This document shows, in pieces, positions 12,000-25,414 of a DNA stretch of 64,000 nt. The notes beneath the pieces were generated by a model that was given only the letters and a program-made list of their open reading frames with translations, was not told where the DNA came from and did not search any database. The stretch covers positions 196,540,001 to 196,604,000 of the forward strand of contig OX597814.1 in NCBI GenBank assembly GCA_951406725.2, read 5' to 3'. Every line of letters begins with the position of its first letter. Position 1 is the stretch's first letter. The position numbers were made by a program, and so were the translations under genes. The DNA comes from Octopus vulgaris (Eukaryota).

Positions 12000-12472
12000 C
12001 TGACAGTAAATGCAGTATAAATGCTTTCATGGTTGTTATTTTACAATACACTTACGATCATTTTATATTTTCTCAAATATTTCACACACATTCCTTATGA
12101 CGGCATGAGTGACTGTGTGGTTCAGAAACTTGCTTGTGAACCATGTGCTCTCGGGTTCAGTCCCACTGCCCGGCACTTTGAGCAAGTGCCTTCTGCGCTA
12201 GCCATGTGTCAACCAAAGCTTTCTGAGTGGATATGCGTATCTACATATATGCGTGTATGAGTCATTATCTTGTTCTCTTCAACGACTTCACAACCAATGC
12301 CATTTGTTATGCGTCCCCGTAACGTAGAAGCTCGGCAAATGCGTCCTATAGTTTAAATACAAGGCTTAAACAAATAAGCACAGTGAACAATTTGGTCGAT
12401 TAAACCCTTCCAAGCGGTGCCCCAGCAGCGCCTCTGGCATTTATTGCCATGTGTTTAGTAGAACCTTGTTCC

Positions 12473-12870
12473 AAGGCGGCGAGCTGGCAGAAACGTTAGC
12501 ACGCCGGGCGAAATGCTTAGCGGTATTTCGTCTGCCGTTACGTTCTGAGTTCAAATTCCGCCGAGGTCGACTTTGCCTTTCATCCTTTCGAGGTCGATAA
12601 ATTAAGTACTAGTTACGTACTGGGGACGATGTAATCGATTTAATCCCTTTGTTTGTCCCCTTTATGTTTAGCCCCTTGTGAGCAATAAAGAAATAAGAAA
12701 CGTTAGCACGCCGGGCGAAATGTTCCGAGTTCAAATCCCGCCGAGGTCGAATTTGCCTTTGATCCTTTTGGGGTCGATAAATTAACTACCAGTTGTGTTC
12801 TGGCGTCGATCTAATCGATTAGCCCACTCACCCAAACTTTCGCACCTTGTGCCTAGAGTAGGACAGAATA
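12473..12870 (+). mobile_element. SINE B2 host with a nested B1 copy
   Basis: Approximate TSD AACCTYGTTCC at 12462-12472 and 12872-12882. The B1 tail joins the host at AGAAACGTTAGC (12696). Confidence 0.85.
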
Positions 12871-13247
12871 AAACCTCGTTCCGTGAACAACCGGCTCCAC
12901 GTTATATAACGCCCTAACCACTAAAATATATTATTTTACTACGATCTTGTCGTCCTTGTATGTTGTTATCTCACAGTATACTCATGTTCTTAAAGTCACA
13001 TTGGTTGACGTAATAGCTGTTGTTCTTATTGTTATTTTTAAACGTCTAATTCTTATTAATTTTCTCCTTAATTACACGTCATGAAAATAGCCTAAACAGA
13101 TATATGTTTCTATGTAATTGGCTTCATTTCGATCTGTTGATTAATTGTGTTATAATAATTAATAGATAACAAGATAATGCTTATGGGTTGAAACTGATGC
13201 TACGATATCTGCTATTTACTTCGGTCGTATTCTTGTAGTTTACTTTC

Positions 13248-13291
<44 letters not shown>

Positions 13292-13546
13292 CATACACAC
13301 ACATATATGTATATAAATACATGCCTCTGCAGATACATGTGCATATAAATACCGACACACAGACACATACACACACACACACACACATATTTTTAGATAC
13401 ATACACACATAAATATGCCTCTCTCTCTATATATATATATATACAGAGAGAGAGAGAGAGATGTTTATATATTATATACATAAATGTATATATATTATAT
13501 ATATGATATAATTATGTATATAAATGTGCATATATATAAATGTATA

Positions 13547-13586
<40 letters not shown>

Positions 13587-14547
13587 GTATGTATATACAC
13601 ATATATATGTGTGTTTGTGTGTGTATGTATGTGTGTTTGTGTGTGTATCTGTGTGTTTGTGCGTGTGTGTGTGTGTGTGTCTGTGTGTGTATGGCGTAAT
13701 TAGGAGCAGATTAAATTAATTGACTAATTAATATTCCGACAGAACAAATAAACAAGATACAGCAATTGTATTTAATGTAAATAATATTGGACAACAGGAG
13801 ACAATTATTGCTCAATAACGATGTTTTATTGCGTATTTCTAGCAGGGTTACTATACTTATATGGCACGTCCCCATTGGTAGCTTCCTGTCTGCTCGTCTA
13901 TCCGCCTGCTGCTCTCTCAGAGTCACACTTGTAGAGACAGACGGGCTGTGACGTATACACAAATGTATACCCACATATACACACACATGCACACACACAC
14001 ACACAGACCCACAAACAGTCACACTTACACCTACACACACTTGCACACATACACACTCCGCATCTTTCTCCTTGTATATCTCTCTATTATTTCCCTCCGT
14101 CCCCTCTCTCTCTCTCTCGCTGTACTTGTGTGTGTGTGTATTTTATTGTTTACTTGTTTCAAGGCATCAGACTGCGACCATGGTGGGGCACCGCTTTGAA
14201 GTGTTTAGCCGAAGAAATCGAACGCAGTACTTATTCTTGAATTCTGGTCGTCAATTCATCGGTCACTTTTTCCGAAACGATAATTACGTGGACATAAAGA
14301 AACCAACACCGGTTGTCAAGTGGTGATTTTAATGGGTACAAAACTCATCGCAAACACACACATTCGTGTATATATACGGATTCTTTCAGTTTCCGTCTAC
14401 CAAATCCATTGGTCGGAACGGGGATATTTTAGAAAACATTTCTTCAATCTACCGTACAGTGGAACTCAACGTAAGACCACATCATCGAGAAGGAACCTTG
14501 CTACCGATACGTCTTCTTACACATGCGTTTTCTTACTGATGCAGGGT

Positions 14548-14655
14548 ATTACTTATGCAGCTCCTACCCATGTAGCTCCTCACCCATGCCTCTTATTACC
14601 TATGCAGCTCCTTACCCATGCAGCTCCTTACCCATGTAGCTTCTTACCTATGCGA
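14548..14655 (+). repeat. Minisatellite, about 16-bp unit ATGCAGCTCCTTACCC
   Basis: About 6 degenerate tandem copies read directly. Confidence 0.85.
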
Positions 14656-15217
14656 CTGCAAGGTAGGCATCTGTCTTTTTAGGGATTCGGTGGGGAATTA
14701 AAAAAATTTTATATTGTTTTTTTTTTTCTCGAATAATAAATCCTCACTGTGTCCTAGACATTTGTCTGCTGCGGTCGCGCCGAGTGACTCACTTAGCCGT
14801 GAGAATTGTTGTTTTGGTGGGCGTGTCTTGATACCAAAGTTTGGAAAATTTATGAATTCGTGGAGGAATTACTTTGTGCTGCGACGTTGAACTCGAGAAC
14901 CTGTATTCTTGTGGATTACATGAATGGCGGAATTGTGTTGCCGTGAATTGAACTGTCTTGCTTCGTTCTTTTTCTCTGCTCTGTCTTTCTATTCTTTCTT
15001 TATGTTTTTATTGGACTTTTTATTTGGAACATTTTGGATTTTGTGTTGAAACTTTTTCTTTATTTTTTCTTTTGCAAGCATGGCAACAACAACAAAAAAA
15101 CTATACTGTTGTAGGTACAGCAAGCTCTTTGTCTATCTTCTTAACTTCTTGGAGATATTAGGTATAATTATACGAATGTGTCCATCTGTTCTAATTTAAT
15201 TAAATTCTATGTCTTTT

Positions 15218-15304
15218 TGCAGCTGAAGATTGCCCTACATTTTAAATTAATGTAATTATTGCATTCTTCAATTAAATGGAGTTGCATGAAACGATCGTAC
15301 GGTA
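15218..15304 (+). ncRNA. Type I hammerhead-like motif, canonical core, long stem II
   Basis: CTGAAGA at 15223-15229; TGC...GCA stem II base; GAAAC-GATC-GTA at 15288-15299; imperfect stem I. Confidence 0.6.
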
Positions 15305-15332
15305 TTACCTCTGGATATCTCGCTGCTTATTT

Positions 15333-15387
<55 letters not shown>

Positions 15388-15498
15388 CTTACATGAATAT
15401 ACGTACATATATATATACGTGCATACATACTTATATATATATGTGTATATATGTACGTACATATATATATATATATTTAAATGTATGCATATATATGT

Positions 15499-15530
<32 letters not shown>

Positions 15531-16254
15531 GAATGTATGTATGTACATACACACGTTGCCAATTATATTCCTATATTATTATCCCAAAGGACCATTGGCT
15601 CTTTCTGAATTGGTAATCTATACGTTACTAAAACATGATCTTGACGCATAATTTTTAATGCATTCGCTTTTTAATTAAAAGTAATCGAATATGGAAGGGT
15701 TAAACATGGAGATTTGTACTGAGTTTCAAATATTTGTTGCTGTGCTTTCGTTCGATACTTAAAAAAAAAGCAACATCGTTATAAATTTCTGTATTTTAAT
15801 AGGATGTATATGATAAACGGTTTTTGAATATTTTGAAATATTTCACAAACAGATATGCTGACGACCCTATAGGATGACTTACATGTTGAGAAACTGATCA
15901 ATAGATTCCATACAAGACTAGTATTGCGCTTTCAATATATTCTACATTTTGCTTAAAATATTGAATATGAATAAATATGCTGCGTTTATATCTTGGAGGA
16001 CCGCAGTTTTATTGCATCTCAGAAAATGTTATCCAAAAACTGAAAACAAAATTGTATAGAAAAGTTATATAAAACGCCTTATCTTTGTCTCGTTTTTGAT
16101 AAAAATCTATATAATCTGTAACCACATTTTTAATAATCAGAAGATTCCAGGAATGTTTATGGCATTATTTCTAACCTGAATGTTGTTACATCCTGCTGCT
16201 TTAGTATTTCTTTGTTTGCGTCTTCTGCTACTTTGTGTAAATGCAGATTTTTAC

Positions 16255-16396
16255 CTCTTTAAATATACTTTAATAGCTGCAGCGTTTATTCCCTGGTTTT
16301 CGGTATCAAAGTTTTCCTCTCGGGTTTTATTGGAGAAACTGTAGTTATTGCTGTAGGTTGTGAGCCTAACATAATTTCTCTTCTGCCACTTCAATG
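16255..16396 (-). other. Candidate exon or pseudo-exon
   Basis: Long poly-T tract + CAG acceptor, AG|GTAAAA donor, one open frame LKWQKRNYVRLTTYSNNYSFSNKTREENFDTENQGINAAAIKVYLK. No family recognised. Confidence 0.25.
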
Positions 16397-17311
16397 CTGA
16401 AAAAAAAAAAAAAAAAAAAAAAAAACACAAAAAGTGACCTATTTATGCAAATAACACAGCTCTTTAAGCACTATATTAAAATACGGATTCTTCTCGAGTC
16501 TCGAAAAGCCGTTTTTCCAATCAAATTTTCTTTATTTTTATTTTTTTGACTTTACGAAATAGTTCTTTTTTTTTAAAGATTTTATAACTGAAATATTTTA
16601 ACACTTGAAACATAAATTTTTCGTACACGAAAATGGTTCTCAACAACAATCGCATTCACATTTAGAAAAACCCATACATAGTTGCATTCCAACACGTCTA
16701 AAATCTCCAATAAGACAGTAAAAATATTCAGGAATTCGTAAACATTCAATTAAACCCCGATACAGACTTCAGCATGTTTATTTACGTATACAGATGGACA
16801 TATATAATAAACAAATACGGTACATTAAAAAGTAGAAACGGCAGGAAATGGAGAAGTAAGATCTCCCGTGTTAGGTGGGTTTTATATTGATGCTTTGAAA
16901 CGTATGAACGGTGTGATTGTGTTTGAACGTGTTCCTGTTCAATATAAATCCGTAAACGCAAAACCGTATTGGTATGTACACACACCCACACACACAATTA
17001 CATGGAAACATTTGCGCATACAGAGACATCTATCTGTCTATCTGTTTGTCTGTCTATGTCTTTCTCTCTGTCTATCTATCGATCTATCTATTTACGTACA
17101 TATATATACATATATATATATATGTGTGTGTGTGAGTGTTTATCTGTATATGTATGAATGTGTATATATGTCTGTGATCGTGTGTGAGCATGTGTCTGTG
17201 TGCGTGTGCATCAGTTTCCGATTATACAGGTGCGCACATGTGGCTGCATGTGCATTTACAAATCAATATATACATATATACACACATATATATATATGTA
17301 TATATATATAC

Positions 17312-17357
<46 letters not shown>

Positions 17358-17677
17358 GTAATTATATGTATATATATATATGTATATATGTATATATATA
17401 TATTTATATTCATGTATATATGTATATATATACATATATGTATATATGTATATATGTATATATGTATATATATATATACATATGTATATGTATGTATATA
17501 TAAATATGTATATATATATAAATATATTCATACCTACATATATGCATATATATGTGTATGTAAATATATATATGTATAGGAGAATCGTTGCGTGGGAACA
17601 CACTTCTTTCCATATATGCTGACTTTTAATACACATGCGCCTAATATATATACGTATACCTATAAATATATATATGT

Positions 17678-17715
<38 letters not shown>

Positions 17716-19489
17716 TTACATAAGCATACCATATACGTGTATTTACCTCTATGTATGTTTGCGTGTCTGTGAGTGTTTGTGTACGTTCCTGTGTATGTTT
17801 TTGAAAGTATTTCTTTCACAGTAAAAGGCAAAGTATTTATACCTTTGAAGTAACTCTTCACTTTTATATATATTTTAATTTCCTGCATTCTGGTAACACC
17901 TTTGCTTCCAGAAGATGGATCTTCTGGTTTTCTTTTTTTTTTTTCACCAGAAAAAAAATATAGAAAACTCATAACAAAATAATTCAAGAATCTTTCGAAT
18001 GGTTTACCTGTGTTTAAGGGGAGACGAACGAATTAATGGATACCTGAAATCATGCTCATGCCTTCGCAAACTTTGATTATAAATATATAAAACAGGCAAG
18101 TCCCTCTGTTTAGTATCTCAGTGTCCTACAGTAAAATCCCATTTACGTCAGTAATGCTGTAATCCAGCATACTCGTATTTACATAACAGTAAGAATCAGC
18201 GCTGTAGATTTTGCTTGCTGTAGATTTTTAATACGATACCATAGCTTCCGTTTGTAATACTAATGTAAACTTCATAATTTCTTATGGAGGACAACAAGCA
18301 TGTGTCGTACACGTTTTAGAAATTGCGGTGAATGGAATTTGTTATCAGTGAGCCTTAGTACTCACATAATAATTTATATAAAGTTCAATGCATAACGTTC
18401 GGATGATCTTCATGGTTAGGTCGTATATTTTATCTTATAAATAGACGAGCAAAATGCGCCCCGTCCAATGGACGGTGCTGAGTTGTCGAACATTTAAACC
18501 AAATTTTCTAAAAACAACTTGCCCGACCGTCCCATAGGCCTCCCCTTTGAGAAACACTGATTTAACCTAAATTTGAGACACCAGCAAAAGAAAAGATATA
18601 GAGTGGCTGTGTGGTGAGTAGTTTGCTTACGAACCACATGGTTCTGGGTTCAGTCCCACTGCGTGGCACCTTGGGCAAATGTCTTCTACTATAGTCTCGG
18701 GCCGACCAAAGCCTTGTGAGCGATGGTTGGGGACGAAGGGGAAGAATGATGGGATTGTTTGTTAGAGGGTCGGGTGCAATTCTTTACTTTATTTTGTTTA
18801 GGCTCAAAATGTTCTGACCGCAACACCTGCGACCATACTTTTTCCAAGGTGTAACCGCCTACTTATGCGGTTCTTCATTTGGATAAACGTGGACAGCATG
18901 AAATGCCCATAATTACATTCATGGTCAAGCACCATCCTTCATTCTTTCTTGAAATGTCTTTCCCATCACTACACACGCACGTGCAGATAACCGGTCAACA
19001 TTGACTAACAGAGCGCTAGTGTCATTCAGATTGTTTATTCAGCTTCGCAATTCGGTTGCAGATAAGAAAAATCGTAGAATTTATTGGTAAATCCAGTCCA
19101 GATAATCTCATCCGATTATCTCACCCTTGTGGATAAAATATTTACAGATAATCTTCCTTAGCTAAGATTTGGTGTGATCTCCATCTATATCAATTAGGTG
19201 GTATTAGTAGCATTAGTAGGTCTCGAATTTTCTGGTATTTATGTCGTTAGTTTACCTAGGAGTTTATACAAACGCATTTTGTAACTTTTGTCACTAGAAT
19301 TAATTTGATATTCAGCAATGATAGTTTCATAGCTGAACTAACAATATTTGTTGGAGGGCTTTAGCCAAAAGTTTTGGTGTAAATAACATAAATAAAGGCT
19401 TTGCGGTTTTAGCTTCGTAGCATGATCAATTTTCAATCTCACCAGGCAGGAATTTTCAGATTATCTTACATAGTAGTATTAAGTCAACG

Positions 19490-19738
19490 AGGAGACGCGA
19501 TGGCCCAGTGGTTAGGGCAGCGGACTCGCCGTCGTAGGATCGCGGTTTCGATTCTCAGACTGGGCGTTCTGAGTATTTATTGAGCGAAAACAGTTAAATC
19601 TCCACGAGGTTCCGGCAGCCAGTAGTGCCGAACCCTGCTGTACTCTTTCACAATAACTTTCTCTCAGTCTTTCCTCATGTTTCGGTTGTACCAGCCTTAT
19701 CACACTGTATGTCACGCTGAATTGCCCCGAGAACTACT
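19490..19738 (+). mobile_element. SINE family C, 3' truncated
   Basis: TGGCCCAGTGGTTAGGGCAGCGGACTCGC...GGTTTCGATTC head. Confidence 0.85.
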
Positions 19739-20934
19739 GCTCCAAGTATAAAACAGTGTATAGGTAGAGGCTCAACTTAGCTTGTTTCGGTCAAAACCCA
19801 AAGAGTATTTCGATAGGTGAAGGCATGTACCACACTGATTAGAAAGTTCGTTCCGTTTGCATAATTTTGGGCAGGACAGCTTCTTCTGTCCCTGAACAAA
19901 GCACATCAATTACATTTGTCTATTCTACACTTCTGCTAATTCGGGTGGTGGACATAGTGTTCTCTGTCCCTTCAGCTGTCACAGCCTGACATTAGAGGAA
20001 AGAAATTATCTACGTTGGCTCGCCACAACAAAGGCCCCGAAAGAAATCATAGTAAAAGTTTCCAGATGGCAGTCACTCCCGAGTTAGCGTTGACTGTAGC
20101 ATTGCAATGTGTACTTCAAGAAGAATTTATAAGCAAACACAGAAATGTAATGAGTTGAATTCTATAAAATACTTGAAACTTATCAAAGAGACTTCTGTAT
20201 TTAAAAACAAGCCTCTTTGAGAAGGTACTCTGAGATCAAATGTTACGGCTATTGTCGTCCATTTTCATAAACACTACAGATGTTATACTCATCAGTGTAT
20301 TAATTGTTTTCATGCTTAATTTAAAGTATTGAAATTAATTATTTCATAAAAATTTGCTTTGTTTCAAGCTTAATTGACCGTTGGAGATTCCGAAGACTCT
20401 GCAAATGGATTTATCGTTATTCGCTACAGGATACGAACAGGCAGAATTGTTAGGAAGTCGGATAAAATGCTAAGCAGCATTTCTTCCGATTTCTACGTTC
20501 TGAGTTCAAATGCCACCGATGTCGATTTTGCCTTTCGTTCTTTCGAGGTCAATAAAATAAAATACTAGCCATATACTGGGATCAGTGTAATTATTCTGCT
20601 TCATACTCTCAAAATTGGGCCTTGAAGCGACATAATACATAATAGCTCTTTCTAAAACTGCATAAATATTGGTTTCAAATTTTGACACAAGGCCTGCAGT
20701 TTCAGAGGAGGCAGAGTATGTCTATTACAGCGACATCAGTGCTCAGTGCACAGCTGGTACTTTTTCTTATTCTCTAGGCAAAAGCCCGAAATTTTGGGGG
20801 AGGGGACCAGTTGATCATATCGACCCCAATACGCAACTGGCACTTAATATATTTGACCCCGATAGGATGAAAGGCAAAGCCGACTTCGCGGAATTTGAGC
20901 TCAGAACGTAAAGACAAAGCAAATACTGCTAAGC

Positions 20935-21049
20935 ATTTTGCCGAACCAATAAGTTACGGGGTGGTAAACACACCAACATCGGTTGTCAAGAGATGTTGAA
21001 AGGGGGACAAACACAGACACACAAACACATACACACACACAAACACACA

Positions 21050-21115
<66 letters not shown>

Positions 21116-21280
21116 CGACGGGCTTCTTTCAGTTTCCGTCTACCAAATCCACTCAGAAGGCTTTGGTCGGCCAGAGGCTACAGTAGAAGACACTTGCCCA
21201 AGGTGCCACGCAGTGGGACTGAACCTGGAACCATGTGGTTGGTAAGCAAGCTACTTACCACACAGCCACTTATACGCCTG
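20935..21280 (-). mobile_element. SINE family A, next to diverged B-type fragments at 20440-20940
   Basis: Family A motifs in reverse complement; B-type GTCGA/GAAAGG modules upstream. Confidence 0.85.
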
Positions 21281-21377
21281 TATATATTTTCTAATTATTT
21301 TTATAATTTGTATATATATTTAGTTTATTATAAGTACTAAGCAACACCAGGGAGGAAGCGACGTAATCTTAAATAAT

Positions 21378-21420
21378 AAGCCGCGATAGGTGAACCGCGA
21401 TATGGCAATGTATTACTGTA
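21378..21420 (-). mobile_element. pogo/Tigger-like terminal inverted repeat fragment
   Basis: CCGCGATAGGTGAACCGCGATATGG...ATTACTGTA, a CAGTA-type terminus with TA. No partner end found. Confidence 0.4.
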
Positions 21421-21872
21421 TACATGATCATTGAAGTCTGCATCGTCAATTGAATATTTGTGATGGGAAATTATGTAATTAGCATCAAAACAAGTCTAAA
21501 GTTCCTTATAGTTGGCTTAACTTTCCATAGACGAATATATTGCTTAGAGGTGCATTTAGACATCCATATTTATCCGTAAGAATTATATCCGATAAAACAT
21601 GGTGTTTTATACATTGCTTCTTTGACATTTTTAAATATTGTTTTTTGTTTGTTTCTTTTGCCAAGCGAAATACGTGCAAGCAAGTTTTTTTTAAACAATG
21701 TCTGGAAAATAAATATAACAATGAAATTTTACGTTGCCTTTTAAGAAATAGTTAATCTTGAAACACGTACAACGTCCTCGGAGATAATTAAAACGTCATT
21801 CATATGATTCATTAAGATGCAAATACCATTAAATATGGAACTTTTGAGAAAAAGAAAAACAAAGATGCTAAA

Positions 21873-21964
<92 letters not shown>

Positions 21965-22491
21965 GAAGAAGAAGAATTCTTTGTTACTGTCAGTAGATAT
22001 TTTCTGATCATAATTTCATTAAAAGAAAACTAACCAAATAAATATAAAATACATAAATACAAATCGGAATCTGTCAGACAAAATAAAATATAACTGACTT
22101 AGACAACCAATTTAATGGAAAACTATATTAAAGAAATTATGTAAATAAAAAGCAAAAAATAAAAATAGCATAAAAAAACAAACAAAATACAAAATAGAGT
22201 CAGGACAGAAAATAAATAAATAAATAAATAGATAGATAAATAAACCAGGATGCGAATCTGTCTTTTAGAGTGTTGAAGTCAGCCAATACTTTTACGAGAA
22301 TTGCGTGAGCGTATTGATCAACATCCAGACGGTTACACTGCCTGACATAATGAGAATATTTCAAAACTTCATCTATTTTTCCTGTTTAATTATGTATGTA
22401 TGTATGTATGTATGTATGTATGTATGTATGTATGTATGTATGTATGTATGTATGTATGTACGTACGTATGTATGTATATATGTATGTATGT

Positions 22492-22530
<39 letters not shown>

Positions 22531-22610
22531 AACACGCTCACGTTCATACAGACTCATATATGCATATGTGCGTATAACCATACATGCGCACACATACACA
22601 TACGTACATG

Positions 22611-22669
<59 letters not shown>

Positions 22670-22868
22670 TGCTTAATAATATGTATTCTCCGATTTGAAG
22701 CGAAAGTTTTAGATACAAACAAATGACAGGAAAAATCTTGAGCTAAGCCATACCAAAATCGAACCTACAAATCAACGCTAACCTCGTTTCTTGCGCATCC
22801 GATTGGGCTAAAAGCTCACCCAGCAATTTCAGCCTTTCTCGTCTGTTTACAAATATTATGTATGTATG

Positions 22869-22913
<45 letters not shown>

Positions 22914-22915
<2 letters not shown>

Positions 22916-24394
22916 ATCTTTGGAAACTCCCTCTCTCAATACATAAAAGAGAATTGGAAACGATTCCTAGACGATTGTTTCATTCTCTGGAATGAAAACA
23001 TAGATAAACTCCTAAAATTTAAAAACCTATTGAACAGCATAAACCCAAATATACAGTTCACAATGGAATACAACCAAAAGGAGCTCCCGTTCTTGGATAT
23101 ACTAATTAAAAAAATTAACCTTAAAATAGAAACAGACATTTTTTACAAAGCCACAGACGCCAAACAATACCTTCTTTTTAATTCATGCCACCCAAGACAC
23201 ACTAAAACAAACATCCCCTTCAACCTTGCAAGAAGGATATGCACAATAGTGTCAGAACAAAATACCAGGAACTTTAGACTGCAAGAACTCAAAAAACACC
23301 CTAATTGACAGACATTACCCAGCTCAACTCATAGAGGATGGGATCAGACGTGCAACAGAAATCAACATAGAAACTTTAAGAAAAGTTCAACACAACAACA
23401 CACCTTCCCCGAAAATACTACCTTACATATCTACATACAACCCCAGAAACAAAGAAGCCTTCACCATCATCACCCAGAATTTACCAATACTTCATAAAAA
23501 CCCAAAATTAAAGGAAATTCTAAACATACACCAAATCATTAAAAGCTACAAACAGCCTAAATCACTTAAAAAGATTCTCACAAAGGCAAAATTGTCTTCT
23601 AAAATTACGGATGCAAAAGTAAAAAAATGTGGTAGATCGAACTGTGCAACATGTCCTAACCTATTGGAAGGATCAGAATTCTTCTTTAAAGAGGGACAGA
23701 GATTCAAGATCAAATCTAACTTTACTTGTGCCTCTGAAAACATAATTTATGTCATTAAATGCTCGGGCTGCCACCAAGACTACGTGGGTTCCACGGGACT
23801 ATCACTCAGGCGTAGATGCACACTGCATCGACAACAGATTGTATTCCCAGAATATAGAATGATACCTTTTAGTGAGCACATTGAGAAATGCGCAAAGCAA
23901 CTACTGCCACAATTTTTAATCTTCCCATTTTACCAATGTGCTTTCGGATCATCAACACAAATGAGACTGAACAAGGAAACATTCTTCATTGAAAAGTACA
24001 AACCCAGACTCAACCATCCGAACATACTGACACAGAGAAATTAACAAGGGAAAAGGGAAAAAAATTTCTAAGCGATTATCTCCCTTACACCGGAAGAAAT
24101 CACTCACTACCTCCCCTTATTTAGAAATCTCCTAAAAATGAACACAACGATAACTCCATGCAATATAAACATAACGTCACAAGAAATTTGAAAAGCTACA
24201 CGCGAAACCGGTAATTTCTTTAAAAATTTTAAAATTATGTCATTTTAAGGAAAGGAAAAAAATTTTTCCAATATTCTCCAGACATTTTGACACAAATATA
24301 TATATTTTTTAACATTTAAGCCTTCTGTCGTTTTTTCACTCTTTACTATTTTCTTATATATTCACCCATGTGCTTTACCAAACAAACTTTCTTA

Positions 24395-24395
<1 letters not shown>
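22914..24395 (+). mobile_element. 5'-truncated Penelope-like element (RT C-terminus/thumb + Cys linker + GIY-YIG endonuclease), frameshifted
   Basis: WKRFLDDCFILW, LPFLDI, YKATDAKQYLLFNSCHP, CGRSNCATC, NIIYVIKCSGCHQDYVGST..LRRR...H. Stop at 24044. Flanked by (TA)n on both sides. Confidence 0.92.
24181..24220 (+). ncRNA. Minimal type I hammerhead ribozyme in the PLE 3' region (U3-A8 variant)
   Basis: Stem I AAGAAAT/ATTTCTT (7 bp), core TTGAAAA, stem II GC-tacac-GC, GAAAC-CG-GTA. Confidence 0.7.
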
Positions 24396-24437
<42 letters not shown>

Positions 24438-24676
24438 CTGAAAAGCTCCGATTTCCTCTATACAGGGTTACTTCTTTCAGATCGCCAGGCGGTAAACCGC
24501 TCCTGGTCTTTTTTTTTAATATAAATATCTGTCTGAATATTTTCTGTTTTTTTTTTAGAAAAAGAAATGAAAGAAAGTTTGAAGAAAACGCTTATGTTCT
24601 GCTTGAAAAACTTTGTGAACAAACATGTAAAATGGTTGCTGCAAGTGTATTCTGTACAATAATAAAAAATGTTTTT

Positions 24677-25267
24677 CGCAGTGGTTGGACCAAAAGGAAG
24701 CGCCGAATATCTTCCCGAGTTCTTCAAAAAGAAGGTTATGGTGACTGTTTGGTGGTGTACATACTGGATTTCTTAAAACCCGGAAAAATCATTACTGCAG
24801 AAACATATTGCCATGGAATTGCCAAAAATAAACGAAAAATTGCTCCCCCTCTGTCCCACACTCGTCAGACGAAGGGGACCAATTATTCTTCATGACACTT
24901 CTCGACCACACGTTTCACTAATGACGTTCCAGAAGTTGAGGGAACTTGGCTACGAAGTTCTTCCCTACCCAGCTTATTTCCCAGTCCTTTCCCTTACCAA
25001 CTACCACTTTTTTCAAGCACCTAGATGGTTTCCTGCGAGAGAAGGAGTTCAAAAATCAAACCGATGCTGAAAGTGCGTTCAAAGAGTTCATCAGCTCCAA
25101 AACTCCAGATTTTTATGTTACCGGAATAAACAAACTTGTAACTCGTTGGCAAAAATGTGTTGATTTTAATGGTACTTACTTTGATGAATAAAATTTTCGC
25201 ATTATTGAAATATATTGTGGTGAATTTCATGCTTCAAAACGTTGCTTACTTTTTACTCAGCCTGATA
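24677..25267 (+). pseudogene. mariner transposase relic with right terminal inverted repeat
   Basis: GPIILHDTSRPH..., YHFFKHLDGFL..., GINKLVTRWQKCVDFNGTYFDE* across frameshifts. Ends CTTTTTACTCAGCCTGATA. Confidence 0.9.
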
Positions 25268-25414
25268 GATACAATTGTGATTATAATAGAAGAGGCAAAG
25301 GATTGGTGTGTACCTAGTCATAGTAATAGGTTTGTGAGTAACAGCTTATCAATCGATTGAACCTTATTTCAGATGTTCACCCGAAAATTGTCTGCATTTT
25401 TAACTGTTAAATAA

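Noticed and set aside
16868-17987. 211-aa and 243-aa ORFs
   Set aside because: Open only because TA/TG/CA repeats lack stop codons; no domain signal.
19490-19565. Possible tRNA genes at SINE heads
   Set aside because: Acceptor stems are imperfect and the heads run straight into SINE bodies, several with TSDs; they are tRNA-derived, not tRNA genes.
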